Source of the DNA: Azolla caroliniana
Lineage: Eukaryota; Plantae; Polypodiophyta
Assembly (NCBI GenBank): GCA_043228905.1
Contig: JBHGNT010001400.1
Span: 1-9,015 of the forward strand
DNA: 9,015 bases
Direction: 5' to 3'
In this document: positions 8,379-9,015 of the stretch, one piece after another
How the letters are laid out: every line of letters starts with the position of its first letter
How positions within the stretch are numbered: the first letter of the stretch is position 1
Program-made: the position numbers and the translations under genes
The notes under the pieces: model-generated
Databases searched by the model: none
What the model saw: the letters and a program-made list of their open reading frames with translations, nothing else
Told to the model about the DNA's origin: nothing

Positions 8379-9015
8379 CTTTTGGAACAATTAGCATCAC
8401 CCATGTCGTTGGACGAGGACTTGATGTCGAGGATAGATTCCCGATCAATGTGTGGAAAGGGAGGTTTAACAGTATCTTCGACTGAACTTGAAGATAGCTC
8501 TGGGGGTTGTTCACATGATAGATCAACCCATAAGAAGGGAACTTCAACACTACCTTCAGAGGAACTCGAAGATATCTTTAGCGGTTGTTCACATGCTAGA
8601 TCAACATGTGAAAACAGAACCTTCACAGTAGATTCATAGGAATTTGAAGATATTTCCATAGGTTGTTCACGTGCCAATACGAGACAAGTATCTGAATCGA
8701 TGATCACATCAGCCAATCTCTGAGATGGCCAAAAAGGATCCAATGGAACAAATGCAAATCCACATTGAAGAACTGCAAGCACTGCCACTACATACTCTAC
8801 AGATGGACCCATAAAGAGGCCCACATTCCTAGCAAGTTCTGTGTTGCTCTCCGATCGAGATGTTGAGGAAGACGGAGACATGGTGCTTTCTTGATGATGG
8901 GGATGGTGTGGCAATGCTTTTCGTAGGCGTGCCGCTAGTCTATTCACCAGTGTGAGAAGGTTTGAGTATGTGAAACATTCATCTCCAGAATTGACTTGAA
9001 CATCTCGTCTGGATG
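8379..9015 (-). CDS. AAE19: AAE19-like gene, upstream exon (N-terminus truncated by window)
   Basis: Frame is open to the window edge: SRRDVQVNSGDECFTYSNLLTLVNRLAARLRKAL (A1-like FTY..L), then VGLFMGPSVEYVVAVLAVLQCGFAFVPLDPFWPSQRL (A2). Donor AAG|GTGGCG at 8378 is phase 2 and compatible with acceptor 8028; the exact boundary is uncertain. The spliced product within the window is about 1183 aa. Confidence 0.86.
8444..8677 (-). repeat. coding tandem repeat, 3 x 78 bp (26 aa)
   Basis: ggttgttcac recurs at 8505, 8583 and 8661. Units are LAREQPMEISSNSYESTVKVLFSHVD / LACEQPLKISSSSSEGSVEVPFLWVD / LSCEQPPELSSSSVEDTVKPPFPHID. Confidence 0.92.

Noticed and set aside
8255-8947. 230-aa ORF as a separate gene, and Met 7951 as the start of the 946-aa ORF
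   Set aside because: Both frames are open upstream and hold complementary halves of one adenylation domain, so they are exons of one gene.
1-9015. Prokaryotic NRPS cluster, CRISPR array or GEX2-AAE19 functional operon
   Set aside because: Spliceosomal introns show a eukaryotic locus, and the repeats lack repeat-spacer structure. Nothing beyond adjacency links the two genes.

Overview
AT-rich eukaryotic genomic DNA, land-plant-like judging by the proteins; the species cannot be determined. It carries two convergent (tail-to-tail) spliced genes, both cut by the window edges. (1) On the + strand, about 1-2186 (possibly to 2693), five short exons largely missed by the ORF track join in consistent phase through GT-AG introns. 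They give the C-terminal part of a single-pass membrane protein that I recognise from memory as GAMETE EXPRESSED 2 (GEX2, gamete adhesion protein). (2) On the - strand, >9015-5111, lies an NRPS-like acyl-activating enzyme 19 / AASDH-type gene (adenylation, phosphopantetheine carrier and PQQ-type beta-propeller domains). It has only one apparent intron and a 2.9 kb exon, a 3x26-aa internal repeat, a non-canonical P-loop and an Ebony-like substrate pocket. Non-coding parts contain a recent 221-bp tandem duplication, an older ~130-165 bp duplication, an intronic foldback and a possible LTR-like relic. No RNA genes, CRISPR arrays or intact transposons were seen. All homology calls rest on motif recognition, not on database searches.
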